From NCBI GenBank assembly GCA_030704615.1, contig CM060733.1:12958001-13022000 (forward strand): a DNA stretch of 64,000 nucleotides, in the 5' to 3' direction. How positions within the stretch are numbered: position 1 is the stretch's first letter; every line of letters begins with the position of its first letter. Below the pieces are notes generated by a model. The model made no database searches. It worked only from the letters and a program-made list of their open reading frames with translations, and was not told the DNA's origin. This document shows, piece after piece, positions 35,056 through 48,000 of the stretch. A program made the position numbers and the translations under genes. This DNA comes from Takakia lepidozioides (Eukaryota > Plantae > Bryophyta).

Positions 35056-38000
35056 GAAGTCAGAGAGAAGAATAAGTTTGAGACGGATTGAAGTGATAAA
35101 ATGAAGCTAAAAAATTCCTCTTCATTAGTTGGGTATGCGATAGAAGTAATGATTTTTGAAGTAGGTGGATAGGGGTGTGAGGGGTTAAGACATAAGATCT
35201 TGTATTTGTTTGGCTTTCTAGTAAAGATAACGTAGATAATAAATGGGAATGGGCAGGTGAAGACTTATTTTGAGCGTTAGAGTTGCCACCAGGTGGAAGG
35301 TGTCTGCACTGATTGCTAAGGGAGAGAGGGGCGTCGGGCTGGGATTGAATGGGAGCATGTTGCATTTGGGGCTGGGACTGCTGCATTTTTGAGGAGCCTG
35401 CAAAATCTAGTCCGAGCCTTTTGGGTTGTATGTTGGCTGGATGTTTTTGTTGAGGCATTGCATCTCCAACCACTTGTTTTGCTCATTAGCTTCTGTTTCC
35501 AGAATTGCATGTAGAATGGTGAAGGCGTTGTGAACTGTATACCTTGATCTGATGAGAACCTTGTTGCTGGTCGGGAACTGGTTGTATGGGGTAGGTTTAA
35601 TCCATACACCTGCATGAGGAGTGCCTTGTGGTTGTAGTTTTTTTTTCTCAAACAGGGCCAGTATTTGAGTAGAAGAGCTTAGGTCTGCATTGAGGACTGG
35701 AAATTCTTTAATGTAGGATCCCCAAGTGATTGCAACCTGTGGATGCATTGTGTAGTGCGGGAGATTAGAGCCGATAAAGTTGTGTATTCTGTTGCGCATG
35801 GTAAGGATGGGGCTGTTGTCCATAGGACACTTTGCCATAAATGTTTGCACGTCATGCAATGTGATCCAGTGGGAGTCAAAGTTGATCCTGTCTCTTGCGG
35901 GGATAAGAAAGGAGGGAAGTGGTTCCCTGCGGAAGATAAGCGTTGCCTTAGGCTTCGATATCAGTTGCAACTTAGAGCAGCCTCTGCGTATGGAAGGTAT
36001 GCAGCTTGGAACAGATTTTAGCAATGACTGTGTTGTGGGCAATTGTTGTCCCCATTGGTAGATCTCGCAGAGTGGACTAGGGTCCAGGCCCCACTGGCAG
36101 CAACCCAGAGCTAGAGTCCTTTTGCAGCCTCATTGCGTATTTTCCCTTAATGTCCTTTTTTGTGGAATTGGCCTCTAGTAACATATGGTCAATAGGATCT
36201 CTTCTCTTCTTGCAAGCAACCGGGGAGGAGTTTGGTTGGCGAGAAGAAAAGTTCCATTCTGTAATGACCTGTGGTGGAGCCGAGATGTGTGAATCAAGTA
36301 GGGAAGATCAAGTTGTGAAGCATGTTTGGCAGAGACTCTTGGTTGAAGGAAGAATATCAAGGAGAGGAAGGGGAACCATCATCCCTGTTCGGAGAAGCTC
36401 TTTCATCTTTGCCTTTAGACAGTCTGCTTTTAGGTGGCCCATGTGTCCACAGAAGTAACAGACAGTAGAGGTGGTATCTTCAGTGAGCTTCACCAATAAG
36501 AAGTCGTTTTCTTCATCAATTGGCATTCATACAAACTCAGGAAGACTTGCGTCGTTGGGCATCATAACTACCTTTTTTGCAAATCTTGTTTCGTGCATCC
36601 TAAATACAATCCTGGCCTCTTTCCATGTGGGATCCTGTCGTAGCGATTAGTGCACATCTCCAGATCAAAAACTGTCAGGCATCCGAGGTAATAATTGAAA
36701 TGGTTACCAATGTCTGGGAGATTGAAAAGGTATCGGTCTTGGATTAGGCACCTATGATCCTGGTTCCCAAACTTTCCAGAGCTGCAGATCAAGGAAAAAT
36801 ATTGAATTGAATCCACTCAGGTGCGGGTTGAAGGAGAGGGTCATCTTAGCCACCTCTTTGGCTTCCAGAAGAATGGAGAAGAATTCTCATCCTGTAGTGT
36901 GACAGATTTGTTGTTTGAGATCCTTGAGCCTCCCAAGTGGCAAATACCTTCCCAATTCCGTGCAAAAGCCCTATCAACTTTCTTTCCTAGAAAGTGCAAC
37001 AGATTTCATCTTTCTTCGATGTACGAAATCCGGTTGTGTAGTTTAGCCCTAGTTTAGCAAAATCAACCTTGAGTAGCGGGTGATCTTTGCTCATTGCTAA
37101 TTGGAGCATGGAGATGTCGTCAAGAGAATCCTCGTGGCGTTCCACATTGTCTTGCAGGATGGAAGTAGCTGGCAAGTCTGAACCCATGAATTCATCATGG
37201 GGTGATGGGGGATGGGGGGCAGAGATCAGGCACGAAGAGACCACCTGAAATTTGCGTTGGATTGGGGCCCCCCTAAGTCCTTGACTTGAAGATTGGCTTG
37301 GTATGCGAGAAAAAAACATGTTCCAAAAGATGGTTGTGCCCGATGGGTGTTGGAAAATCTGTTAGGCCTAGCCTGACTGCGGATCCTCGCGCATTCTGAA
37401 GGGATCCAGGAGCCCCCATGACACTGGTGTGGTGCTTGACGAAGGCTTAGAATCGGGAAGCTTGGCCTTATATCACTCGGGATTGAGTAGGTAAACTGCA
37501 CGAGCTAAATGCTAATGCTAGGTGTAACTACTCCCGAGACCTGGCTGTCTGATTGAGCACAACAATGGAAAGATGACACAGAAGCCTAACGTCTGGAAAT
37601 GAAGCGTGATCTCTCAAAGTTGAGAAGCTGTAGAGCAACTAAAGGAGTGTCAATGAGATTTGAAACCGAACTCGGAACTGGTGGTGATACTGCCAAAGGT
37701 AACTGGAGTTAGGAGAGACGGTTGCAACATGACCCCATCATGGCAGTGGTAGCCGGTAGCCTTAATTACTATGGAACAAATATAGGCTAAGGAAAAAGCT
37801 TGAAACTTTGACAGTTGTAGCTGTCGAGAGAAAAGGATTTGAATAGTCTTCATGTATGGCGGCTGGGAGTAATGTGAGCACACTTATCATCAAGCTTAAA
37901 GTTAAGGCTTCAAGTTGGTCGGGGGGGGATGAAGGATGATCGTTCATCATGAGATAATCCAAGGGGTGGTTTTCTCTCTCAAGGAGAATGAAGTTTGACA

Positions 38001-39069
38001 GGGTAGGGTGTATTGGCAGTCAAAATGGAGCTTGTTATCACAAAAGCCCGGAAAACGCGGAGCCCCCCATTGCCCCTCCTTCGTTTTATATTTCAACCAA
38101 CCTCTTGAATGTGTCAACTTATAACCTAACAAACATAAAATCAAATTACAAATATTTCATAGCACCATTAGAAAAAGTTGAGTCTACAAATGTTTTATTC
38201 CACAACTATCCAATAGATGACACAATTTTAAGTGGTTAAGGCACAAGCCACCTTACAAGTTACAAGTGGTTGTGGTTTTAGAATTAAACCACACTATAGG
38301 TGTACGTTGTCATTTGTCATAGCTACCAACCTATATATTATAGTCACTAAGTCAACCAGCTACCTAATTTGTAGATAATACCACAGTTGTTATTAGAAGG
38401 TGTACACCTTTCAAATATATGACAGTAGCCCTTGCGCCTTTGGGCTGAAGTGACACCATTATTTATATTTGCTTTGGTAAGAGTCATTTTTTAGTATTTT
38501 TATGTCACATATTCACATATACATAATACATGTATAGTAGTTTTAATGACTAGGGGACTCGGTCACTTGCCAATTTATATGACTAATAGTCATAGAGATG
38601 AGATCATAGAAACTCAATTGCTTTGTTATTATATAATTTTACAATTATAAGCTGAAAAGTAATCAACGTCATTACTCATAACATTTAAAAGATAATTTTA
38701 ATAAATATTTAATGCATTATAATTATACATTAAGAATAAATACTCGTATTATTATAAATGATAGTTTGTTTAGTCGTTGTTAAATGTTCAGTGTTAGGAT
38801 TGTAATATGAAATTATCTGAAAAACAAAATTGGTAATGACGTAATGACCACATATTAATAATTGACTTATATTTTTTTATAATAAAATTTTGGAGCTATT
38901 TCAGAGAAATGACATGGTTTTGAATATACAACTTTTTTTTTACTCAGCTGGCTATAAAATGAGGATCATTGAATCATTAGACTGTACATGCACTGGGATG
39001 TAAAGACCAGACCAGTTTGGTTTCAATAATGCTATACTCAAAGAGATACCAAACCAGGTTGGTATAGAC

Positions 39070-39836
39070 CAGTTGAGCGGGTACGATACACTGGGTATAC
39101 GATTTACCTGGGTATACCCGGAGGGTATATCCGGGTAAGGTTACCCATATATACCCGGACCAGCAGGTTTTGTTTACCCGGACCTCGTTATGAAGGGTAT
39201 CATTTATGTTTAGGGTAAATCATCAGCATTTACCCGTTCCTTGGGCGGGAATGTTTTTCTTGGCGGGTATTGGACTCCGGGTTTAGGCTTGCTGACCTAT
39301 GGTCGTGGGCCCAGGGCTGCCTTCATTCCATTGCAGTTAAATGTATCTCAAGGACTGATCCCAAGTCCCAAAGCATTAAATAGGTACTAGCCCGGTTTTC
39401 TAGGCTGCTTCACTTTTGAAGCTTAGTATCTTAACATTGATTTATTATGCTCAAGTTATATTTTGAAATATATTCAATTTTAATTTCTTCTGATTAGAAT
39501 CTCATTGGTTTATATTGGCTATATTGCCAATTCATCTGAAATCCTTAGGGAAATTGCCATTTACCCTACCCTTACCCTACCTAAACTTATACTTATTTGG
39601 TGGGTAATACCAAATTACCTGGACCCGTTAAATAACCTTACCCCTCATGTTATATTTTGAGAGTACCGGGTTATACCCTGAACCGGTGTGTTCTACAAAT
39701 GTGCATTACCTGGAACCGACCCTCATTGTCCATTTGAAAAATAATGATACCCTGACCCGGCGGGTAAATCTTTTCTCAAAATTCAGGTTACCCTTACCCT
39801 GAGGATAAATAAAAATTCAATGCCCGCTCAACACCG
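39070..39836. mobile_element. hAT MITE with GGGTA/TACCC subterminal repeats
   Basis: TIRs CAGTTGAGCGGG / CCCGCTCAACACCG. 8-bp TSD GTATAGAC (39062-69 and 39837-44). Sits inside an older GGTAT/ATACC-rich element (about 39000-40240). Confidence 0.85.
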
Positions 39837-41363
39837 GTATAGACTTATATATATCAGTTGCCATACCTATACTTCCTCATTGTCTTTTTTATTTGCTCTG
39901 GTATGAGTATTCTACTAATGATATTAGTATTATATAATTACCTTATATAATTATATATGTATTATCTGTATATTATATTCATAATGGACTTTACAAAGTT
40001 TTTTATTCCGCTGGAGACTTTATATAAATTGATAAAATTTTAATTAAAAATGGCACTTGAATGATACCAGTATTGATACCTGAGACCAGCTAGTATTGTG
40101 AGTATGATATTCAGTACTCATATCAATATCTAGACAAAATACATGTGCCATTACAATACCAGATTAGTATGAAGATTTTGTAAAACCTTTAGTACTCGTA
40201 TTGGTCTGTGTGCTAAATGATACCAAACCAACTTGGTCTGGACTCCTTTTTTTATTTTTATTTATTTTTATTTTTAAATTTAAAATAGTCAGTAGAAGGT
40301 GTATAACTTGACAAACCTTCAAAAAAATGATAAAGGCAAAAAACATTATTAGAGAAGACACATAATAATTTGCAAGAGGATGCACATTGTTTTTTGTTCT
40401 TGAAAATGGTTATTTTATCTTATATAACTCATTATTAATTAGGATGTGAGTAAAACTAGCCATGATGTTGATTTTCTTAGATTGATTTGCCTCTTAAACT
40501 TTTCCACAATAGAGAGGAACTAAACCAATAAGACAACATTGTTAGGGTTACATAAGCATTCTAAAATGGATTTGGTCCACGAGGTTGGTTAATCAAGTAT
40601 GCTCATGTACTCACTTGGGGTAGATGAGCACAGTGGAATATTTCAGAAAATATTCCCATAACATCATAAAATGACGTCATTGTGAATGTGCTCATGTTGA
40701 AAAAAAAACAACAACGATACAATTGAAACTTGTATGAAATATTTTCAAAAGATAGTTTTATGATTTTTTTATTGGATAAAAAACAACGGGCATGGTATTC
40801 ATCATATTGATAAATTATGTCATCAAAAATGGATGAAATAACCTTGCTAGCAAATGTGTATTCTTGCACATACACTATAGGTGATTTACAGTCCAAAAGA
40901 ATGGGGACCTATATGCACGATTGATAAATAAATAATAAAAATTATATGTTAATAGAATAACCCAGGTTAGCATTGTTTGCGTGTTTGGTCACTATAGAGT
41001 ATCTCCCATTGGTCCACCGTGCAAAAACACTGCCACTGCCCATAAAATTTCCAATTAATCTACTAGTGGTGAGAGATAGCAGCCTTGTTCATCGTTCGGG
41101 GAATGAACTTTGTAAGCAAACTAGCAAATGATCCGCCAGAATTTTTGAGATTTGTACATGAAAATTGTAGATTTGGCACCAATAAGGTTGCTTTGACAAT
41201 TGGTACAGTACAGGTTAGGCTTGGGTTTGGTTTGCCAACAACTAAAAGTACATGATGATGTTGAACGTAATCGTGATCCAAATTTCAAACCAACAAAAAT
41301 ATAAATTTATTCCGCACCTGCCACCGACCCTAGATGAAAAGAACAAGATATTAAGGTTGAATC

Positions 41364-42143
41364 CAGTGTTGGGTGGTTCTTGCATTTGTGAAGGAACCTT
41401 CGGTTCCGGTTCCACAATTATTTCAAGAGACGGTTCCGGATCCGGTTCCGGTTTTTTTTTATTGAGCCGGTTCCGGATCCAACTTTTAAACATGGGGGCG
41501 GTTCCGGTTACCAGTTAGTTGCTGATAAAAACCACCGGTTTCCATTAGGTTCCAGTTCTATTTTTCATTTAATTAGATTTAAAATATTTTATCAGTCCGG
41601 TAGATTAAATAGCAATATATTCACCGGTGTTGGACTGGTATCGTATTTTGAACACACCAGGCTGGTATTGGTATATAGGCCTCCAGCCAATTGTGATACC
41701 AGGGAGATACTGGTATTGGCAAAAATCTGAGATTTGGAGTAAAAAAAAACTCATGGTATGTTAAATATTGAAAGGCCCACTTCTCATATAAATGTGTATA
41801 AGCATGCTTCTCATTGATTTTATTCCTCAAAGTATTCCTCAAGTTCCTCAAGGTATTGATACCTAGGTTTTCCTCACAAACATGGATATGGTACTGGTAT
41901 CAAGTACCAGATTTTCAACCACCTACCCGACTGGTAGGGTATCGTCCACAGTATTAGGAAGCAGATACCAGGCCAATACAAGTATATGCTAGGTAGTGGC
42001 CTGAGGTGATACCAGACTGGTCTGGTACTTCATACCAGTATACATACCAGTATTGATACCAGTTTCTTATTGGTATACCAGTCCAACACTGGTATTCACA
42101 TATTTGAACTAAAATCCAACAATTTTATTAGTTTTCACTAATA

Positions 42144-42178
<35 letters not shown>

Positions 42179-42664
42179 AAATAAACTGGTAGATGGGTAT
42201 GATTTTATGGGTTGAAATTACTATTCAGCTATCTGGCAACTATTGGCATCTTCTAACATTTTGATTAATGAACTTAGCCAGGATATCATGGAGTTGGAGA
42301 TTGAACCCAAGATCTCATGGCGTTGAAGCATTGAACATAGAATGTCATGGCCTTCAAGCATTGAACCCAGGATCTCATGGAGCTTGAGAGCATTAAAGAA
42401 GTTTTGCCATGGGGCCCACCAGCTCTCAAGGGTTATGCCCAAGGGCCCACCAAGGGTTCAAAATCCAGAACCTGTTTTTATCCCCGTGCGCCCCGGTTCT
42501 TCGGTTCTCACACCCAGCAAGAACCGCCGGTTCGGTTTCTGCGCCGATCCCCATTGGCAGGTTCCGGTTCCGGGTCAGGTTTTGCAGGAATGGGCCTGGT
42601 TCCGGTTAACCTGGACCTGAACCGGCGGTTAACCTGGGTCCAGGCGGGTAACCGCCCAACACTG
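41364..42664. mobile_element. hAT MITE with GGTTCC/GAACC subterminal repeats
   Basis: TIRs CAGTGTTGGGTGG / CCGCCCAACACTG. TSD GTTGAATC/GTTAAATC. Contains a poly(A) tract and 30-bp tandem repeats at about 42270-42390. Confidence 0.85.
41625..42091. mobile_element. hAT MITE nested in the previous element (GGTAT/ATACC repeats)
   Basis: TIRs CGGTGTTGGACTGGTAT / ATACCAGTCCAACACTG. TSD ATATTCAC/GTATTCAC. Confidence 0.88.
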
Positions 42665-43636
42665 GTTAAATCCTACAATACGCTAGCATAATATTCACTT
42701 TGGGTTTTATGCTCACCAAAAATTTGGTCTGCTCGCCCCACTCACCAACTATCAACACCCTCATTATGTGAAAATTGATTATATCCAATTACTCTCTCAA
42801 GTAGATTGGTTTGAGTAATATAATAGTGATGATACAATATATGTTAATAACTTGTTATGACTCGTTGCCCTATCCACTAAGAGTAGTATAATTTAGAACA
42901 GTAGACCAAAACCTACTTAACAAATAAGAAGATGGACAATGTAAAAGAAATGAATGGTGATGATGGGAACAAAGAGAATCCGTTCAATGATTTATATAGA
43001 GTACAACTCAACAATGGATGGATGTGTATTTACCAATCTAGTCAAACTTAAGTCCACCTAGTTTTAAAAGCAAAGTCGAATGACAAATAGAGCAGCATAG
43101 AAAACTAAAGTTTGTTTAAGACAACTAGTGGAAACAAAGACAAACAAATGTATAATTTCTTGTTCCATTGATCAACAAAAACTTATGCTATGTATGTAAA
43201 ATTAAAATTCAAGTTTGTTTTTTTATATAGTAAAAATGTAGACTGACATAAATTGCTTTCAATTTTCAAGCAGTATCTATATAGTATCTATATCCAATTG
43301 TGAGAGGTATAATTGAGGGTTTTTTGTAGTGCAATCTAGGCCGGCTGACTGCGCAATCTGCAAAGCGTGTGGGGAATTGGCCATTCCACAACCTTGTTTG
43401 TCTAATCAACGGAGTCAGGTATATTTATACAATTGTTACTTGATGTACAGGTGATTTTTACATTATGTTTGTTGAAGGATGTTGAGTTGTACTCAATTTG
43501 ATATCGAATAGTTTCCCATGCGTAGAACGATGTCTAAATTCAAACATATTGCAGTTTCTATTTAGACAACTTTTGGTCCTACACACATTGTAAAGTATAA
43601 AATGATGGCAATGTCATTATGTCGATTGTACATTTA

Positions 43637-44776
43637 CACTATTGGGAAAAAAAAAGGGGGGGGAGGGCGGCGGGGGGAGTTTGTTTTAACGAAGCCTCGG
43701 TGTCGCCATAGCGACGTAGCAGGCTGCAGCGTCGCCAATGGCCACTTTTTGGAGGGGCGGGGGCGGGGGGGGGGGTAGCCCGGCAAAAAATGTGATCCAC
43801 AAGCGTCGTGTTTGCTACTCTTGGGCATCGTTCTCAAAATGTCGTTATTTTGCGACGCCCCGGAGTCGGTACCAGGCCGGAGTAGCAATGGCCTCTATAC
43901 GACGCGTCACTGTCATTGTCACCGCCGCTGTCGCAGAAAATTGCGATCCCCGGCGTCGCAATTTTAAAAAAAATAAAAAATATGTTTTATTTTTTTAAGA
44001 TAGAAAATGTCATTTTAAACTCCGGATTGTTGTGCGACCCAAAACGTCTTACATTAATAAACCTCGTTCGTCAATATTAAGTCTTCCATACTAATACATA
44101 GCATTGTGCTTAAAGATATTTGAACTCGCGACCTCTGTGTTAAAGTATCATTAATTAAGTCACTCTATAGTAACCAAGACTCCTCTAAAAGATTTGCATG
44201 CAATATTATGTATTGTTCAGTAATATATATATATATATATATATATAATCTTCATTTGCAATACCATAAAGTTACATAGTTGGGAGTATATCCCTGTCAT
44301 TTGCCCTCCTGCTCTCCCTTCCTTGCCATCTATCCTCTACCATCTCTGAACGTCATTTGCCATCCCTTTTTCTTTACACTTTGTCATACATCTCTATGTC
44401 ACATCCACATTGCGACCCCTGGGCTTCGCACAGTGTCGCAGCGCCATTGCAATTGTGGAGCTTTTTCGTCATAATTTCTTCTTCTTTTTAAATTGTATTT
44501 CGTATTGCAACCCCGGACATTAGTTACGCGACGCCCTTCCATCGTATCCTCAATTTTTTTGAAAAAAACACTTTGGCTCGTGACGTCTAGGTGTCGCAGC
44601 AGGGCCCAAGCAATGGACAGTGGACCTTTTAATACTGCGATGCCACGCCGACGCAAAGCGACAGTGCCATTAGATTGCGATGGTCGGGCGTCGCAACCTA
44701 GCCCACGATACCTCCGTCGCGGGCATTTTGAGGCCATGGGGGATGGGCGTCGCTAACCCCCCATTTTTGAAGTATA
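43637..44776. mobile_element. Non-autonomous DNA transposon with GCGAC/GTCGC subterminal repeats, possibly CACTA
   Basis: Dense GCGAC/GTCGC motifs at 43700-44040 and 44410-44755 surround an AT-rich core. CACTA at 43637; right end degenerate; no clean TSD. Confidence 0.45.
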
Positions 44777-45015
44777 TTATCATATTTTGGAGCCCTCTAT
44801 TTGGACTTTTGCAGAGATAAAACTCTTTAGAATTATAGTGAGAAAAAATACAAGTTTGAGAAAACAATTACGTGGTCAATGATATTGAGATTGCTCGTAA
44901 ACTCCACATTGTGTAATGTCATAGTTTCGATTTGGAGATGGAAACATATAATCAGTACATGGAATCTTCTAGATTGAAAATTTTGATTCTTAGAATTTGA
45001 TCTTGATCCTTGCAG

Positions 45016-48000
45016 GCTAGCTGCAATGAGTTTGTTGTAAAGTTGGAAGTTGAGCTTCAGCTTGCAAAGCAAGAAATTGCCATATTACGAGAGCAAGAGG
45101 TCATCTCTATACAGACAACTGAATCCTTCAATCGCCGCATCATAGAAGCTGAAAAGATGACAGCAAAGGTAGTGTCACGTGTGTCATATCTACATGATGT
45201 CTTGACAATTTTTCCACTGTGATATTTGTACTTCATTTAGCATTAAATATTAGATTCATATATTTTATAAAATTATCTATGATTGGTGTGCCAACGCGCA
45301 AATTGGTCTCACCGATCATTTGAATTTGGTTATTTGAACTGAGAACCCTAGAGATATGGATGGATGTTTAAGTCAGAAAGACCCAACTTTCAATATAATA
45401 CCACAATTTTTCTTTCTTTACAGCACTTTGCATGCTTCCCAAATTGATGATAGAACAGGTTGTGTAAGGGGTTTTTTCTGGTAGGCAGAGGAAGCTGTGG
45501 TTATGGAGCATGTCAAAGCGTTGGAGGTAGCTGCTCAGTGGAGAGAAAAAGATCTTGAGCAACAAAAAGTAGTAATCCATGAGGTCCAACAACGTGACCA
45601 GGAACACCAACATGTGCTTCAACAACTCGCCGCATTGCAGTAAGTCCATTTCATGTGCATTGTGATTGTCACTGAACAAAAAGTTATACTTCAACTCATC
45701 TTCACAATAAGAGCTTGGCGCGTCTAAATTCAACAACTTATCATTTAAATGTCAAAGAAATTAAAGGTAAAATAGATTTATAATTATTTTTTCGGTAACA
45801 GGGCTGAAATGCAAGTCTCACTCATAGGACAACAAACCGAACGTTGGAAACTGGAGGCAGAGCTTCACCAAGATATTGAGAACGCACATATGCAGCTACG
45901 AGTTACTCAAAACCAATGCTCCCATCTGAAAGAGCAAATCAACTCCACTATAGAACATGAGAAGAAATATCAAAATGAGATTCATCGATTTCAACTTGAT
46001 AATGAACATACTCAAGGGGAGTTGCGTGCGGCTCATGACAAGTGTGCTCTTTTTCAAGTATGATTGATGCACTGTTATTTAATATGTTGTAAATGTGTGT
46101 CTTATGTTTTAGGTGATTACGTTGTTTATTTATACTGTGAGTCCAATAATTTTAAACTTACAATATGTACGAGTTATAATAAAGTTGATCATCAAATCTA
46201 GCATAGATGTTTATTTGTTTTGAGGAAACTAAGAACATCTTCAATATAATGGAGTCACATTTATCTTCATGTATGCATAATGATGGATTGTATGCATTGA
46301 ACTTAAAGATTATTGTTTTCAATCCTCTAGTAGATCACATGAAAGAGCATATATATATATAAAGTAAAAGTATATATATATAGTCATGGCATATAACTCA
46401 AGTTATGGACTGATTTAACATATATTTGAGGATGGTTGTTCATGCATCATTGACATGGAGAAACCTAGACAAAGTCACACTGGATCTCCAAACAAAATAT
46501 TAAATAAACCAGCCTAGTGTATAATACATGATTTGACCCATCTTCAATATGGTTGATCTTGAAGAGTTTCAAATATTCTAAAAGTGAAAGTCCAAAATAT
46601 CATATATATTACAATATATTAACCAAGTGACTTTTATTTCAATATACGGTGATCCTCAATAATTGGTTCACATTCATTACGGTTAAAACTTACACATGAT
46701 GACAACCAAGTTAAGACAATTTGGGACCTTAAGTTTTTTACTCTTGAACAAATGACAGTATACAGTGCCCAATTTTGGTATTAGAATCCCACAAAAATGA
46801 CATACAATTATGTATGTAAATCAACATTGACGAGAATCGTGATGTTTTTAATACATGGTCCTAGTGTCCATCCAATCATGGGGACACAGTCTTATTGACT
46901 TTGTCTGTCCGTATTTTTTTTCTATCTTTGATTGATTTTATTTCCTTGATATTGTGCTTGTACAAAGTTCCTCAGCCTCTAGTTTAATGTGTGATGTATT
47001 GGTCAAGTTCAGCAAGAAATTGTTCAGCTCAAAGTGGCCAACGTCGCACTCCAACAAAATTTGGAGATAGTAAAACTAACATCGAAGGATGTTGTGAATG
47101 AGAACAAATTAAGTGCAATCATATCAGAGCGAATAGAGAATGCGAAAGAGACGGAAAACCTACTCAAACAACTTCATGGCTCTCAAGATGAATGTGCTCG
47201 ATTACAGGTCAGGGTACATCTCATTAGTTATAAGTTTGATATATATGTTTGACATCGCTCATACTTGTCCATATTTGATCAACAATTGATCTATCTTGTT
47301 ATCATGTAGTTTATTTTAACTTAAAATTATGAGTTCTTTTTTAGTACAAAATGACATATATATATATATATATATGAGACTATAGATAATAGATCATATT
47401 TGTTTATTGTTTGCTCTCTATCTTGCTCGGAAGGGAACACAAAGTTATACTTTCCATATTGTTTAGATGAGAGTTAATCACGTATATTGTCATGTTATAA
47501 CTTTAGGTTGTCTTAGAGGCGACAAGGGCACAAGAAAGACTTATCTCCGAGGAGTTGGCAAGCATAGTGGCTCGAGTCAATGATCCGGTGAGAGCAGCAA
47601 AAGAGCATAAGAAAATTAAGTTGACAGAACAGATGAATGATGCTCGGGATGAGATAAGTTGTCTACAAGACCGCGTCACATTACTACTTCAAGAGAACGT
47701 ACAACTAAAAACTACATCTAAATGTCTTGAAGAGAAGTCAAAGTTTGGGACAGAGTTGAAAGATGCTCAAGATGCAATCACCAACCTCCAGAACCGTGTT
47801 TCACACATTATTGACGACAAGTCATATCAAAGAGAAAAAGCAACAATGGTAGCACAACTTAAAGACGCTCAAGATGAAATTGCTGCTCTACAAGATCGCA
47901 TGACACAACTTCTTGAAGATAACAAACAATTGAAGTCTTCATTTGTCTCTCTTCAAGACAGGGCAAAGATGGCAGACAAATTGAAATATACTCAAGATTC

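Larger units (their letters stand above)
30900..37600 (-). mobile_element. Degenerate L1-clade LINE, interrupted by a MULE
   Basis: ORF1 knuckle CYFCGHMGHLKADC (about 36420-36460). Endonuclease motifs SWIIRG and LQEHK (about 33500-33620). RT segment SIFINDT..L (about 33050-33110). C-terminal C..C...E..EHCL..C (about 31380-31430). Ends are approximate. Confidence 0.8.
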
